From the NCBI GenBank assembly GCA_019313765.1, contig JAFDAP010000001.1, positions 1-32,025 on the forward strand: a stretch of DNA of 32,025 bases. Reading direction: 5' to 3'. The notes under the pieces are model-generated. The model made no database searches. It was not told the DNA's origin and saw nothing but the letters and a program-made list of their open reading frames with translations. This DNA comes from Deltaproteobacteria bacterium (GTDB lineage Bacteria > Desulfobacterota > DSM-4660 > Desulfatiglandales > Desulfatiglandaceae). The position numbers were made by a program, and so were the translations under genes. This document shows positions 31,680 to 32,025 of the stretch, piece after piece (position 1 is the first letter of the stretch; each line of letters begins with the position of its first letter).

Positions 31680-32025
31680 TCAGATTCCCATTATTATCTC
31701 CATGAATACCCTTATAAAAGTCTTTTCTTCAACTTCAAATATAACACTTTTCCCATAGGAGCCGGCGTATTCTCCATGTGAGCCCATACTTCCTTCTACA
31801 TGACTAAAACGGTATATGCCGGGCTGCAGTGCCAGAGTCTTGGTCTGAGCCACGTTTTTCCCAAGCTTTTTCTCAGAAAGAATTTCATTATATGCACCCA
31901 TAGTTTGCAGTGTCAGATTCAACGGTGAATTACTGGCAGCTAAACTCAGGGCCGGTTTTCCGTAACTCGAGGAGAATGTAAAAAGCTGAACCTCTCCAAT
32001 CCCGGCTTGGGGAACCTTTAGTTGA
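31680..32025 (-). CDS. Hypothetical protein, C-terminal part (5' end beyond the window)
   Basis: The minus-strand frame of track ORF 31680-31922 stays open to the window edge ('..QLKVPQAGIGEVQLFTFSSSYGKPALSLAASNSPLNLTLQTMGAYNEI..'). I recognise no family. Confidence 0.45.
   Translation of the reverse strand, partial: QLKVPQAGIGEVQLFTFSSSYGKPALSLAASNSPLNLTLQTMGAYNEILSEKKLGKNVAQTKTLALQPGIYRFSHVEGSMGSHGEYAGSYGKSVIFEVEEKTFIRVFMEIIMGI

Noticed and set aside
1-32025. A search for CRISPR arrays, rRNA/tRNA genes, long terminal inverted repeats and integrases.
   Set aside because: No regularly spaced direct repeats, rRNA-like conserved blocks or cloverleaf candidates were seen. The only repeats found are the tandem gene duplication and the short palindromes reported above.

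Overview
This looks like a chromosomal window from a diderm bacterium, and it falls into three zones.

(1) 1-5.0 kb is a decayed patch. It holds an IS91-family transposase remnant, a reductive-dehalogenase-like Fe-S gene remnant, and an IS3 OrfA fragment joined to a 5'-truncated sulfatase that also carries an in-frame TGA. These surround an intact monomeric NADP-isocitrate dehydrogenase gene.

(2) 5.3-12.3 kb holds ordinary and accessory genes. They are an M24B Xaa-Pro-aminopeptidase-like gene, a PLP dehydratase-like plus ornithine-cyclodeaminase-like pair, a zinc-ribbon/TM Ser/Thr kinase, and an AT-rich AbiEi/AbiEii type IV toxin-antitoxin pair with a candidate operator palindrome.

(3) 12.3-31.3 kb is one ~19-kb minus-strand gene array of eight tightly packed genes. 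In order they are an ABC ATPase, two tandem paralogous 'ABC-2 permease + M1-aminopeptidase-like + golvesin-like' giants, a TolC-like OMP, a lipoprotein membrane-fusion protein, an RND pump, an RND pump fused in frame to an ABC ATPase domain (1,564 aa), and a small 6-TM permease.

The RND-ABC fusion and the composite operon around it are the most unusual content. I do not know of a characterised equivalent, but I cannot search databases here. No rRNA, tRNA or CRISPR array was recognised. All calls rest on reading the translated ORFs and the DNA by eye; no database search was run.
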